This document shows positions 37,520 to 50,746 of a DNA stretch of 64,000 nucleotides, one piece after another (the stretch's first letter is position 1; every line of letters begins with the position of its first letter). Origin of the DNA: Isurus oxyrinchus (taxonomy: Eukaryota); the NCBI GenBank assembly GCA_026770705.1, contig JANJGN010000041.1, positions 1,178,001 through 1,242,000 of the forward strand, read 5' to 3'. A program made the translations under genes and the position numbers. The notes under the pieces were generated by a model, which was given only the letters and a program-made list of their open reading frames with translations, made no database searches and had not been told where the DNA came from.

Positions 37520-40500
37520 ATGCTCGTGTCTTTATTTTTCATGCCAAAGGGCATTCAATAACTTGCATTGATGTGGACGATCCAGCATCTGAAATTATGA
37601 TGCACTTTCAGATAAGGGTACTTGTCAATACCCTCGCAGCAAGGATTATTTTTGAGGTAGGTGTTGACTGTCCGACTTTCTTGATATGCTTATCTGATCG
37701 TCGCCTGTGATATGAGTCTGCCTTTCTTATCGCGTTCATTTTTCGGTAATTAATACATGGTGCTAGTATCCCATCTGGTTTCCACACCATAACAATGGTT
37801 GAACTCCAATTACTGTGGCTAGGCCCTATCATGTTATTCTGAAGCAAGAATTCAATTTCCTCCCGCACTTTAGATAATTTTACAGGATTTCATCTATATC
37901 CGTGTTGCTCAATTCCCCGCCTCAGTGTTATGTACAGCCAAAGATGCTTTCTATAATTTATTACCAATAATTGCTTTGTATGACTGCAATCGTTCTTTTC
38001 TGTCACTCTGACGTTTTGGTGGAAGGGAACTTAACCACACATTTATGTTCCTAAGTCCTTCCTCAATATTCAATTAAATCTGAGGTAGGTCAGTTTCAGA
38101 ACCCTTATGCTTTACCTCTGTTCCTTTACTTACAACTAGCTGTACCTCTTCTGTCGAAAGGTCATGAGGACTCGAAACGTCAACTCTTTTCTTCTCCGTC
38201 GATGCTGCCAGACCTGCTGAGTTTTTCCAAGTAATTCTGTTTTTGTTTTGGATTTCCAGCATCCGCAGTTTTTTTTTTTTGTTTTTATAGCTGTACCTCT
38301 TTCTGTTTATCGTGTCTGTTAAAATATCTTTAAGCACTTTTACATGGTACAGTCGCCGGCACTTCCTTCTACCTGGGTTAATTTACGACATAGTTTACAA
38401 CAAACAGTCCCTTTTCAATCTGGCAAGGCCCACTGAACATTGCCTTCAAATGTTCACCTAATGCTAGGAACAAAACTATCACTAAACTAACAGCCAAAAA
38501 CCTAAGAGTCTCAGCCCTTTCAGCTGAATTTGCCTTCGTCACTTGCTGAAGTATAATTAATTGTTTCCTTGTTAGCTCACGTGGCTTCCTTAATCTTTCT
38601 CTGAACATTGCCATATATTCCAAGAAACTACTTTCTGAATTTTGACCCACCAATTTCTTCTGAATCAGTTTGAACTTTTCCCTCAGTTCATGACCATAAA
38701 TTAACTCAAAAGGACTAAACCCTGTTGACACATTAAGGATTTCCGTAATGGAAAACAACAAAAATGGAATCCCTCGTAATCAACCATGTGGATATTCTTG
38801 ATCACTGACGCTAATTATAGTGCTTATGCACCGTTATCAACTTTCTAAGACACACTGTGATTCAGGGTCATCCGCTGACGTCATAAATTGTTTTATTCCT
38901 AGGCTATCCATATCTTATCTAAACAGTTGTCACATGAAACTCGAACCCTGATCCGACTGTATTTCTTTTGGTAATCCATATCATGTAATGAAAAGTGGTT
39001 TACTCCACTACAATCAACTTTGCTGCACTTTTGCTTAAAGGTAAGTTTCTGGAAATCTTGTGGACACATATATGATTGTCAGTAAGTACTGATTCACACT
39101 TTTAGCATAAGTAGCTGTCCTTCACAATCAATATGAACACTGTTAAATGGTTCCACAAACGGTGGCATTTGAATTAAATGTGGAGGTTTAACTGATGCAT
39201 TATGTTTTCCTTTCACCGGACATGTGCGATTTTATTGACAGAATTAGGCTACATCTTTATGTAGTCAAGTCCAATAGCTTAATTTCTCCGTTGGAATAAG
39301 CTTGGCTTTTCGTAATTCCCACAGGTACAGCAATTTGCATTTTATGAGGCACTCTCAAAATTTAATTCCACTACACAGATGGTATCACTACTTCGTGCAC
39401 TACTGCCACTTTCCATCTATATGAGCAAGATGCTGCCTCCATTTCTTCATTAACAAATTGTTCTGAATGTAGTTAAACTCTGTAATGCATTTTGTTTCTG
39501 CTACAGAATAAACTGTCTGGTTCATCTGCATTACGACTGGACACTGCAAATTTAGCTCCACTAATGAACTCTATACTTCACTCTCATCCTCTTCAACCCT
39601 CTCATCCTGAGCAATATTTTCCAATATTTATCCAGCCATTGAATTTCAGCATTGTCTGCCCGTGTGTTAGGTTATTCCTCTTCATGCGTAAAGGTGCACA
39701 CCTACGGTTTAGTCACCACACAATCTGGAAACAAACCAGGATTCTCTTTCTGTACAAACTCTGCGGATCCTGTCTCAAAAGACTGTCCCACTACAATAGG
39801 CTATTACGATGCAGCAGTTGATAAATACTCAGTTGTTTAAATTCAAGAGGGAAAATTGAACAACTGTCATAGGCCTTACTGGCATGATTTAGATGCAAGT
39901 CGGAATTCAGAAATAAAACCAATAATAATCACAAGGTTTTTTTAATATAAAACTAATGTAAGCATTTATTAATTTAACAACAAATTGTAACATCTGCACA
40001 TGTCTAAAAATTATTAACATAATACATTTTAAACAAATTCTGAAATTATGTGCTCCCAGATAAATCTTCACCAAGGCACCAATAACTGATAGACTTTGAA
40101 TAGACACCAGGCCAAGCAAATCTGACCTTAAAAATTCAAAATGCGGTTCATTTCAATTTGTTTATTTTGCAGACACAGTTCCAGGCGAACAGGCTGGTTT
40201 GCTCTTAGCTGTCTGTGACTCGTACAGACAAACGCATTTCTGTTTAAATCTAGCTTTCCCTTTGAATGCAAATTTTCAATTGCATTACAAGTTTTTTTTA
40301 CTTTCCTTCTCCTAACAATAATCCTTTTATTCCACCAATTTTATTAGCAATACTTGTTTGTGTCACCTAGCTTGGTGCAAGGTTTTCTCCATTCCTTTGA
40401 ATGCTTTATTCAACAAATGTGCATTCCATTTTACCTTATACTGCTCCCATTTATCTAATTAAAACCCCAAGCTACTATGCATCATATCACCCAGCCGAGG

Positions 40501-42700
40501 TGGCTTTCGTCCAGATAAGAGACACAGTCACAAACATAGACACAGACACTACAACAATTCCAGTTTTGAAACAATTTCCTATAACATTGTCGACATTAAT
40601 CACTTAATGTCAAATAATTGTCATTACCTGTCACCCGGCCATATAATTCCGCAGAATAAAATGAACCCTGCATGAGCAGTTCCTCTACGACCCCCTCAAC
40701 CAATTCCCTCGATAGCAATTCATTGTTTTTAAAGTTACTTGATACAATGAAATAGGTTTGACTCCTCCAGTAATCCCACCAATTAACAAGCTCCTGCTAT
40801 TAACCTCCTGCAGAACAAATGACACTCTTCCAAACTATTTTGGAATGTCTAGCACTCTTGTCCATTGACATTTTGGCATCATTTCCTGCTTGCCCCTATT
40901 AACATGGATATTCCTTCCATTTCCAAGTAAAATCTCTAAACTTCTTAGTACCCTGCCCTTCAAGACTCCCTTGGGTAAGTTGAGAACGCATTTCCACTTC
41001 TCTAGCTATCACTGATTCTACCTGTTCCAACTGTTCAAAAAAATAATATATTTGTCTATCTTGCAAAAAGTCCTCGGAGCTCACCATAGGCTTATTGCAA
41101 AACTGATCAGAGTTCCTGTCAGTGAAATTGGTCTCCCGTTGAACCTCCAACATTTTGATCTCATATGTTCAACTTCAGTAGTGTTAACTTACCAGTTTCC
41201 TTCCTTCAACGCTACTTTCCACCTTTCGATATTTCATAGGCTGACACCCTTCAGCTTGAATCTTTTCCCAACGATTTCAACATGACTTGCTTTGCTTCAT
41301 CTCAAATTTTCCTGCTGATTTCCATCTTGCATTTTTCCTGCATTCAACTGATAATCTGTAATTTCGTAAACACAGGCTAAAACAGCAGCTTGGCTGTTCT
41401 TTATGGCTTTGTTTTTCTTTTACCTGCGCCTCAGTATTTACAGGAATGCTATTTTTTGATATTTCCATAATCATAAAGTCTTTTACTTTTTCAAAAGTCT
41501 TGTCTAATTTCAATGCCCTCAACCATTGATCCCAGGTTATTTCTGTTTTCCTTTGCAAAATCTGCACGTCTGAATAGGAATCCTTTTTATCGTACTTCCC
41601 AACTACTGATATAACACTCTCATAAGCATTTAGTAGTGCTTTCTTTACTATCTCGTTATATGCAGATTGTTCCTCTGATAAGCTTGTACCTAGCAAACAC
41701 TTTATTACATTACAGTCCAAACATCTATTACACAATTCAATTCCATTGCGACCTTTTCAAATGAGGCAAAATATCTTTCAAAACCATCCTCTCTTAATTT
41801 AGACACTAACCGAAGATGTTTATTTAAAGTAAATTTTTGAAAGGAATCACTAACTTTTTTTTCTAAGTTACACATTCAACAATTCGTACTGTATGCCTTC
41901 TTTCCCTCTCTGCAGCGCTCTATCTTTCTTATTCCTTTTAACAATTGCTAACTTCTCTCTCTGAAGTTGAAATTTAAGCTTTTGCAGTTCTACCTCTTGT
42001 TTTACGTTATTTTCCTTTTTCCAGCTCACCTTTCTCCATACAAGCTTTTTAATGCCCATTTATTTTAACCTGTTCTTTTCTTATTCAAGTTTTATTTTTT
42101 TTCCACAGTTTATTATAATTTGAATTATTTTTTTCTTGTTCACATTTTTCTCTTTCTGACAATTCATGCCTTTGTCTTTGCTTTCTCTTCCCCGATCAAG
42201 CTGCCAAACTTGCAATTGAAGTCATTCCACTTCTATCTGAGGCACATTAGTCCCACTTGCCCCTTCCTACAACTTTAAGACCTTTAACCATATCATCCTG
42301 ACGAAATTCCACTTTTATCTCTACACTGCACTTTTCAGATAACATAATAAGCTGAGTTTTAGTCAGTGATTTCACTGCTTCCCAGTAAAATTTTCACTCC
42401 CAGAAAAGGCATAGCAACTGCAAAGCCTTTTTTTAGTCCAAACTTTAAGGTCCCTCGGCACAAACTCCTGAGTTCAGTGTTCTTCATGGACTCGTATCCT
42501 TTGGATTCATAACATCCATCCCAAAGAACGAATGTAAATAATGCCACAAATTTTCCCCCAAATTTTTCATGACCAGAGGAGATGTTAATTGTTGTGTAAT
42601 CCAAATCCCAGGGGAAACTTGGCTTACCTTGTTGTTGTGTTCTGGAAATGAGATGAAAACCTATTGATCTCAACAGCAACAGGTATAATCACATGTTTGG
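37520..42700 (-). mobile_element. Decayed Gmr1-type Gypsy element: SCAN-like gag (~40800-42550), nested LTR (~39865-40630), integrase, RT
   Basis: LSEEQSAYNEIVKKALLNAYE...WDQWLRALK (gag); GFSPFELIYGHELR (IN); EIEFLLQNNMIGPSHSNWSSTIVMVWKPDG...CINYRKMNA (RT). Confidence 0.9.
38151..38287 (+). mobile_element. Young short Penelope-terminus insertion with a 14-bp TSD
   Basis: TAGCTGTACCTCTT at 38137-38150 and 38288-38301; empty site at ~5987-6000 in the paralogous block. Confidence 0.85.
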
Positions 42701-45700
42701 GGTCTTTAACATTAAAAATATGTTTATTCATTAACTAAGAAGAAAACCTAAGCTAGTTTGACAAAGGCAATTGTAAAGGCTGTGTTATTCAAATCCCAGC
42801 GTGCAACTTGAAACAACTGTCAAGAACCAATTCTGCTGTTTGTTATTTCGAAATGCAGACTTTGAACTTAGTAGGAACAAGACCACCAAATCTCGCAATT
42901 TAGAAATAAAAATTAATTAAACATTTATTAATTTAACAAACAAATTAAACACATACATATTGCTCCACCCATATCTATGATATATTTCAACAAATCCCCA
43001 AAATAATCAGCCACAGGCAAATCTTCACTGCAACAACAGTAACCACATAGACTTCAAATAGACCCACTCCACCAGTATCATGAAAACAGCAGGGATGCGG
43101 GAAATAATTAAGCCTGGCTCACTGAAGGTTTCAGGAGCGCGTCCCAGGAGTAGGACATAAGAATCAGGGGTCAACCTGGTGAAGCCATAATGCAGGAATA
43201 ATAGCATGTCAAAGAGCGAGAGCAGCAAGCAACAGACGGAGTTAAGTAGACCTGCAACCAACGAATCAGATGTATCTTTTGCTGCCCTGTCACAGTCAGT
43301 TGTCAATGGTGGTGGGAAATTAAGTAACTGACAAGGAGAGGAGGCTTTACAAATATCCCCAGCAGCAATGGTGAGGGTGTTCAGCATATCAGTGCAAGAG
43401 GTAAGTCTGAGATCTCCTGCACCAGAAATCCCTGTCTTCAGCCAGTTCGATTTACTGCATGTGAGGTCATGAAGTTCTGAATGCATTGGATACTGGAAAG
43501 GCCTAAGGCTCTGACCTCCTTCCAGCAATAGCAAGGCAGAAGGAGTCACTTCAAAACAGCCCAGGGCTGAGGGTGGAGGAATGATTGGAGGAAGGCGCCG
43601 TGCTTACAAATATCCCAGGAATGACACAGCAGAGACACTTAGGGAATTAATTGGGGGCTAATCAGCCTCTTCAGCCTATGCGAACAATCAGTTTGACTCT
43701 TAACCTCATTCGCCCATCTTTGTTCCACAACCCTTAAAAGATTTCCTAAACAGAAAGCTATCCATGCCAGTTCTATTCCTTTTCCATAAATCGCCTTTAA
43801 AAGAAAAAAAAATAATCCTAATTCTCGATAATAACCAAAGCAACTGTCCTAGTTGCCTTTTGCCTTCCATCTACGTGCTGACATTCAGTGAGATTCTGCA
43901 TTGCCTAAAAACATTGTTCAGGGTTTTATGCCCCTGCCGCAGCCTGTGTTCCCCTGGCCGAGGTGGGGAGACATTTTAATACTCATTCACTTTGCTGGGC
44001 CAGTAATGCCCTACAAGGTGGTAGGGTACCTCTAACCCTGGCCTGTGTTTCAAAACCCTCCGTTGCACCGCCACCTTAATGTAGAAGCTGCGGCAATTCA
44101 CTTGTGCAAAGTCCCATCTCCGTAATGCTCGCTTGGATCAGACGTGAGCAGTGTGCACAGTTCTGATCTCCAAATCCCTCTGTTTGTCCACACCTGGAGC
44201 ACAGTACACTGGAGAATGAGGTGCAAAGGTGGCAAAAATAGCTTCACATTGGAACAGAGCCTGAACCTTTAACTCCATCCCTAACAGCATGGTTGGTGTA
44301 CTTACACTACATGCACTGCAGTCTTTCAAGAAGGCGGCTCAGCCACTCTCAAGGGGGAAATTAGGGATGCACAGTGCATTCTAGACCCAGCCAGGGAAGC
44401 CCACATCCTGTGAGTGAATGAAAAAAAATCAAGACATATTAATCGAGATATGGAGATGTAGAGAGAGGGGAAATGAGCAAGAGATTTAGAAAGGGATGCA
44501 ATAAGGAAAGAGGCGGAGAAACATAGAAACCTGTTAGGGGGAGAGAGGGTGCGTGATAGAGAGAAATGAAGAGAGAAATTGCAAGACAAAACGGCAAGAT
44601 GAAAGTAAGTGTGAGATGGAGGCCCATCTGCAGAAAAAGAGATGCCTCCGTGAGTGGGTCATTTACCTGGGCACTTTGTATTAGGGTGCGGTCACAATTT
44701 TCTGGACAGGATCTTCTGTATTGATCAGTGGCCAGGGATATGAGGGTATGGCTGCGACAGAGACAGGCATGGGGAACTCAGGACTATCTCCTGAATGGAG
44801 GAGCCTGAGGCTTCATGATTGTGCAACAGGCTCTGGTGGCTGTAGAGTGCAGGGGGAAAATAACCATGGCATCATGGTAGTGGGAATGATTCATGCGGAG
44901 AGAGGTGATAGGAATAGTTGTTTCTTGCTGAAGTGCTGCTAAGGGAGCAGGCAATGTAGCTGAGAGCAGGAGTCCGGAAGGCAGTGTGCTGCTTGGCCAG
45001 TTCGCGGCACTGGGCTGGAGAGGGGCTTTGCAGTGGGATGGAGAGGGTCCAGTGTTTTGTTCAATGGCACATTGTTGACAGCCCACTGCGCACTGAATCA
45101 CGCAACTACCACTATGTGCATTGATCACCACCCCTTGGGGGCACGTCTGTGCGGCTGCCTCAACCTATTGACTATGGCGGGCGGGGAGGTCAGGGGATGC
45201 CTAGGGCAATTTGGCATCTTCCTGCTTCAACGCAGTCACACACTCGCAGAATCGGAGCTCACAGCCTTTGTCACCAGGCCAGGGACATCACCATCCCCGG
45301 GAATGGCCTGTACCCGCTGGCGGTACAAGACACCCACTGGTCGAAAGGGGCTGACTGTGGCTACCACCAACATTGAGTCTGACTCCTATAACGCCACGAG
45401 TCATTAGGTCAAACACAGGAGAGGTAACCTGGAGAAGCAGCTGAACAGCAACATTCACCAGTGTTCAGAACAAGATGCTGAATTATTGTTGAACTGTCAT
45501 CAATTCTGTCAGTCTGGACACATGGAACTAAATTTGGCCGCAGCAAGCTCCCTCAAATACAAGTGACGGAATGGCTGGAAAATATGTTTCATTGATACAT
45601 TTGCTTGATAATTTTATGCCCAATGGCATCAGGAGTAACTCCCCAACTCTTCTCCCAGTAGTGGCAATGGGGTATATTCGATTGTGGGATATTGGGAAAT

Positions 45701-46267
45701 CAGTTGAAATATATTGATCATAATTCACAATGTAATTCGAAGGAAGATGAAGAGAATGTCTTTATGGCACAGCGAGTTGTTGTAATCTCGAATGCGCTGC
45801 CTGGAAGGGTAACAGAAGCAGATTCAATAGCACCTTTCAAAATGGGAATTATATCAATAATTGGCAAGAAAAAAAATGGCAGGGCGATGGGGAGGATAAG
45901 TTATGGAGGGGCCATTATTCGGTAAACCTCTCAATGAAGCAGCAGATACAACATGGGCCAACTGGCCCTCATCACTGCGGAATGATTCTAATGTTTTCAC
46001 AGTGAACAAATCCTTTAATCCTTCACCTGTTCAATCGTTACACGTATCAGTGCCTCTGTTGATTTATAAATGCCGGTTTGGGAAGATCAATTAGAAGTGG
46101 ATTCCAGTTACTGTCAGTCGCAGTTAGTGAAATGTTCTTTTGACGTGCAAAAGGTTCAGTCAATCCTCATCTTGTGTCAGCACTTATTAACGGCAGAATC
46201 CTCTCTCGGTTCATATAAAGAGCATCCGCACACCATTCATCTCATGTGACTCTGGGGCACTCGGTGG

Positions 46268-47668
46268 ATGATATGGTAATTACTGCTCTTGGTGCCTTGA
46301 CTGCTGCTGCTGGTGGGGTCCAAGCTTATCGGTAGGATATCGACAGGGGTTATCTCACAGTTGCCAAACTCTAGAAACATTCGCTGGAACAGGAGAAGGC
46401 CATTCAGCCCCTCAAACATGTTCTTACATTCAATTGGATCATGGCTGATAGAAATCTTAATTCCATTGGTCAACCTTGCTTCCATGAACATGAAAATCCT
46501 TACGAGACAGAAAGCATTCAGGCTGAGTGCGAGCCTCTTTCAAAAACTGAACACTTTATTTTTAGTAACCCAAGCTCAACAATGAACAACGGAGGAGCTA
46601 TCCTCAGACACCTCGTATTTCCCATCCACATTCTGCCCCTTGGTGAGATATTGAACTAGTCGTACAGAATGTTTACCAATCCCTCCATCGACTCGCCCCT
46701 CTGACTCTCTGCAAACTTCTTTAGCGCAAAAACATGTGCCCCACTAACTCTGCCCTCCATCCCATTCTGAGGTATTAGCTGGCTGGCCTTTGGCTACCAT
46801 GCCTTAAGCTCATTGGGTCCAAGGCTGGGATTAACCACTGCAAAGCTATCCACCCCTCTGTCCACCCTGGATATGGCCCTTCAATCCAACCTCTTCAAGT
46901 GAGTGTTGGGTCATCTGCCATTTATACATGTTTTTGTGACTCTGTGTCAAATCCTTTTTCCACCATGCTGTCTTGAGGCACCATGTTAAATTTCATGAAG
47001 TTGTTGCATAAGCTGCATCGTTCTTATTGTGAATTGTGCTGGACTCCATATCCCTTGGTTAGACCAAACATAGAGTATTGTGCACAATCCTGGTCTCCTT
47101 AGCTCTTGGTTAGAACATACTTAGAGCACTGTGCACAGTATTAAGCTCCATATCTCGCGATTAGACCACACGCTGATCACAGTGCACATTTCTGTTCTCC
47201 ATATCTTCTGGTTAGAACACTCTCAGAACACTGAGCACAGTGCTTGTCACCGTATTCCTCGCTTAGACCATGCGTGGAAACTGTGCATAGTTGGATTTTC
47301 CATACTACTCTGTTAGACCGCACTTGGAGCACTTTGCAAAGTTCCCATCTCCATACCTCTCGGTTAGACCACAATCGGAGCACAGTTCTGTCTCCATATC
47401 ATTCGGTTAGACCACATATGCATCACTTAGCACAGTTCTGGTCTCCTTATGCGAACTCTAGCCCACACCTGGTTCAGGTGCAATTGGGTGCCCAGCGGTT
47501 CTGACAAGCGTCACTATTCAGCTTTCTTTCTCTTTTCCAGTCCCTATCGTGCTGTGCGACGAAGGTGGAAGGTTCTGTAGAAGACTCCCATGTGAGGATT
47601 GTGACACAACCAGGCCCAACAGGAGATAGAATCTTCCTTTCACGTTCAGGTGCAGCCAACCTCTTTAG
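46268..47668 (+). pseudogene. Beta-defensin-like pseudogene B2: exon 1 46268-46331 (MIW*LLLLVP*LLLLVGSKLI), exon 2 47541-47668 (PIVLCDEGGRFCRRLPCEDCDTTRPNRR*NLPFTFRCSQPL*)
   Basis: TATAAA 46214-46219; donor G|gtagga; strong acceptor tttctcttttccag|; Cys4 is TAG (47627-47629) and Cys6 is AGC; AATAAA 47806-47811. Confidence 0.88.
47030..47475 (+). repeat. 51-bp CR1-derived minisatellite (about 9 units) in the B2 intron
   Basis: Same unit as the 8810 and 15300 arrays; a 2-unit remnant also lies at ~44100-44205. Confidence 0.88.
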
Positions 47669-49371
47669 GTAACCAAGAGGTAGGATGAACCACTGTGAGC
47701 CCCACCTGAGGCTCCGACTGAAGCAAACTGGAATTTGTGTCGTTCAGGCTCTGCTACCTTCTGTAGGTCCAATGGTTAATGACCCACAGCTTTCTGAATC
47801 ATGTGAATAAAACTGGCTTCGTTGATCACCGCTTCGTATCAATGCCACATTTCTCACTCAGATCCATGTATCACCCTAGTGACAGGGAGTGAGGGGAGGT
47901 CAGGATATGGCGGAGCTGCACTGGCTTCATGTAAATCCAAAACAGTCACCGCCACAGTGTCATAATTTATTTTTAATGCCCTAGGGTAGCCCGTTGCCAA
48001 CCCTGTGTACGTTCTGCCAGACAGACCCTCAAGATCCGAAGGCATATTGGTAGAACATGGGAGGGGGCAGTGGTATAGTGGTATTGACAAGTAGTATGTC
48101 ATAAATGATCAGCTGTCCTTTTTTACTAACAGGCAGTTTGATGTTCATTCTTGATCATGCGCAACTTAGAATTATCAGAAAGCAAGCGAAAGACCCATGC
48201 TCAACCTATGGGGACCCGGGTACAATTCCCGCAATGGCAGATGGTGGAATTTGAATTTAATAAATATCTGGAGATAAAAATTGCAACATTGACCAAGGAA
48301 ACTATTACCGAATGTCAGGAAAACCATAACATGTTTAAGTTATATTAAGTCTGGACACGAATGAAGAACATATACCTTCAAGTCACTCTTGAATATCCAA
48401 GTCTGAAAACAAAAGGCTTGGCTGAAAATGTTGCCCATCAACCACCGCAACTAACACCTTTCAACACCCCCTCCCCAGCCCCAACCCACGACCCCTACCG
48501 ACTTTCTATTCACATCATTAAATGCGTCCCCATCAAGTCCAGGATTGCAGTGCCGATTGGAAGCAGACCCAGTTTTGAATCTTTCATTGTCTCCTGCCCT
48601 TTGCGACGGTCACATTGCAGTTAAATTGATGTCAGATGTCTGCTGTTGGAGAAACCCCATCGCTCCCTCTTTCATCAGTCTAGGAGCTTTGTAGAAATGG
48701 CAACAGAGGAACATGAGCCAAAGTGCCCTGTATCTTGTCACAGGTTCCTTTCCAAATTGCAAATTATTAATGCGTCAGAAAGAGTAACTGTTGCTTAAAA
48801 TAATGAATAATTAAACAGCCAATACACATTTTTATTCTCTATTTAATTTAGCAGGAAAATGTGTGGATTTTTTTGTTGTTATCTGTATTCTTAATTTGAT
48901 AGATAAAACAGAGGATCATCGTTTCTGTTAAACAATACTTATTTCAGCTGATAATTTACTGGTTCATTTTTTGGGTATTTCAAGTTACTTATTCGGAAAT
49001 GAATCCAGGAAATATATTGCTAACTTATTGATTTTATTTTATATAATTAGTTTGTTCAAACCTCGGCTACAGTAACATCTAATTGTGGAAAAATATTGTA
49101 TTTTTGACGAGTTTCTGTTTTGGCAGGGATGGCCAAGTCACTTTGAGTGCTGATCTTTTTGTTAAACGTCTTTGCATATTTCATGAAACGTATTGATAGC
49201 ATGCAAATGACAAATTAAATCTTAGTGTAAATACATAATGATGTAGGGATGTAAACAGCGGTTTTGCTCTCCTAATACCTCGATTGTAAAAGGGCAAATG
49301 AAGGCAGACTTACATTTCTGAGAACATTTCTGTCGGACCTTGGTTGTTTCTAATGGACTTTGATTTTCTAA

Positions 49372-49525
49372 TCAAAAACAGAATTCGCTGGAAAAACTCA
49401 GTAGGTCTGGCAGCATCAGTGGAGAAGAAAAGAGTTGACGTTTCGAGTCCTCATGACCATTCGACAGAACTTGAGTTCGAGTCCAAGAAAGAGTTGAAAT
49501 ATAAGCTGATTTAAGTTGTGTGTGT

Positions 49526-49556
<31 letters not shown>

Positions 49557-50746
49557 GGTGGTTGGGGAAGGGGTGGGGGTGGCGGGGAGGTGGGGGGCGG
49601 TGGTGGGGAGAGAGAGAGAGATAGAGAGAAGTGGAGGGGGTTGGTGTGGATGTACGGACAATCAAGCAGTGATAGAAGCAGACCATCACAAGATGTCACA
49701 AACAACTGAACAAAAGAACACATAGGTGTTAAATTGGAGATATTATCTAAACGAATGTGCTAATTAAGAACGGTTGGTACGACACTCAAGGTATAGCTCT
49801 AGTGGGGGTGGGGAGAGCATAAAATATTTAAAAATATTTAAAAATAATGGAAATAGGTGGGAAAAGAAAAATCTATATAATTTATTGAAAAACAAAAGGA
49901 AGGGGGAAACAGAAAGGGGCTGGGGATGGAGGAGGGAGCTCAAGACTTAAAGTTGTTGAATTCAATATTTAGTCTGGAAGGCCGTAAAGTGCCTAGCTGG
50001 TAGATGAGCTGTTGTTCCTCCAGTTTGCGTTGGGCTTCACTGGAACAATGCAGCAAGCAAGAGACAGTCATTTGGGCAAGAGAGCAGGGTGGAGTGTTAA
50101 AATGGCAAGCGACAGAGAGGCTTGGGTCATTCTTGCGGACAGACCGCAGGTGTTCTATAAAGCGGTCGCCCAGTTTAAATTTGGTCTCTCCAATGTAGAG
50201 GAGACCACATTGGGAGCAACGAATGCAGTAGACTAATTTGGGGGAAATGCAACTGAAATACTTCTTCACTTGAAAGGAGTGTTTGGGCCCTTGGACGGTG
50301 TGGAGAGTGGAAATGAAGGGTCAGAATGTGCATCTTTTACGTGGGCATCGGGTGGTGCCAAAGGAGGGGGTTGAGGAGTAGGGGGCGATGGAGGAGTGGA
50401 CCAGGGTGTCCCGGAGGGAGCGATCCCTATGGAATGCCGATAGTGGGGTGAAGGGAAGAGGTGTTTGGTGGTGGCATCATGCTGGAGTTGGCGGAAATGG
50501 CAGAGCATGATCCTTTGAATGCGGAGGCTGGTGGGGTGATATGTGAGGACAATGGAGACCCTGTCATGTTTCTTTGAGGGAGGAGAAGTCTTGTGGCCGG
50601 ATGCGCCGGAGATGGCCCGGACACGGTTGAGGGCCCTGTCAACGACCGTGGGTGCAAAACCTGGGTTAAGGAAGAAGGAGGACATGTCAGAGGAACAGCT
50701 TTTGAAAATAGCATCATCGGAACAGATGCAACGGAGGCGAAGGAAC
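49372..50746 (-). mobile_element. Penelope-like retroelement, 5'-truncated (RT C-terminus plus GIY-YIG endonuclease), with internal (GT)n/G-run
   Basis: LVYCIRCSQCGLLYIGETKFKLGDRFIEHLRSV...VACHFN (ORF 49940-50269); FLRLRCICSDDAIF...VLTYHP. Confidence 0.92.
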
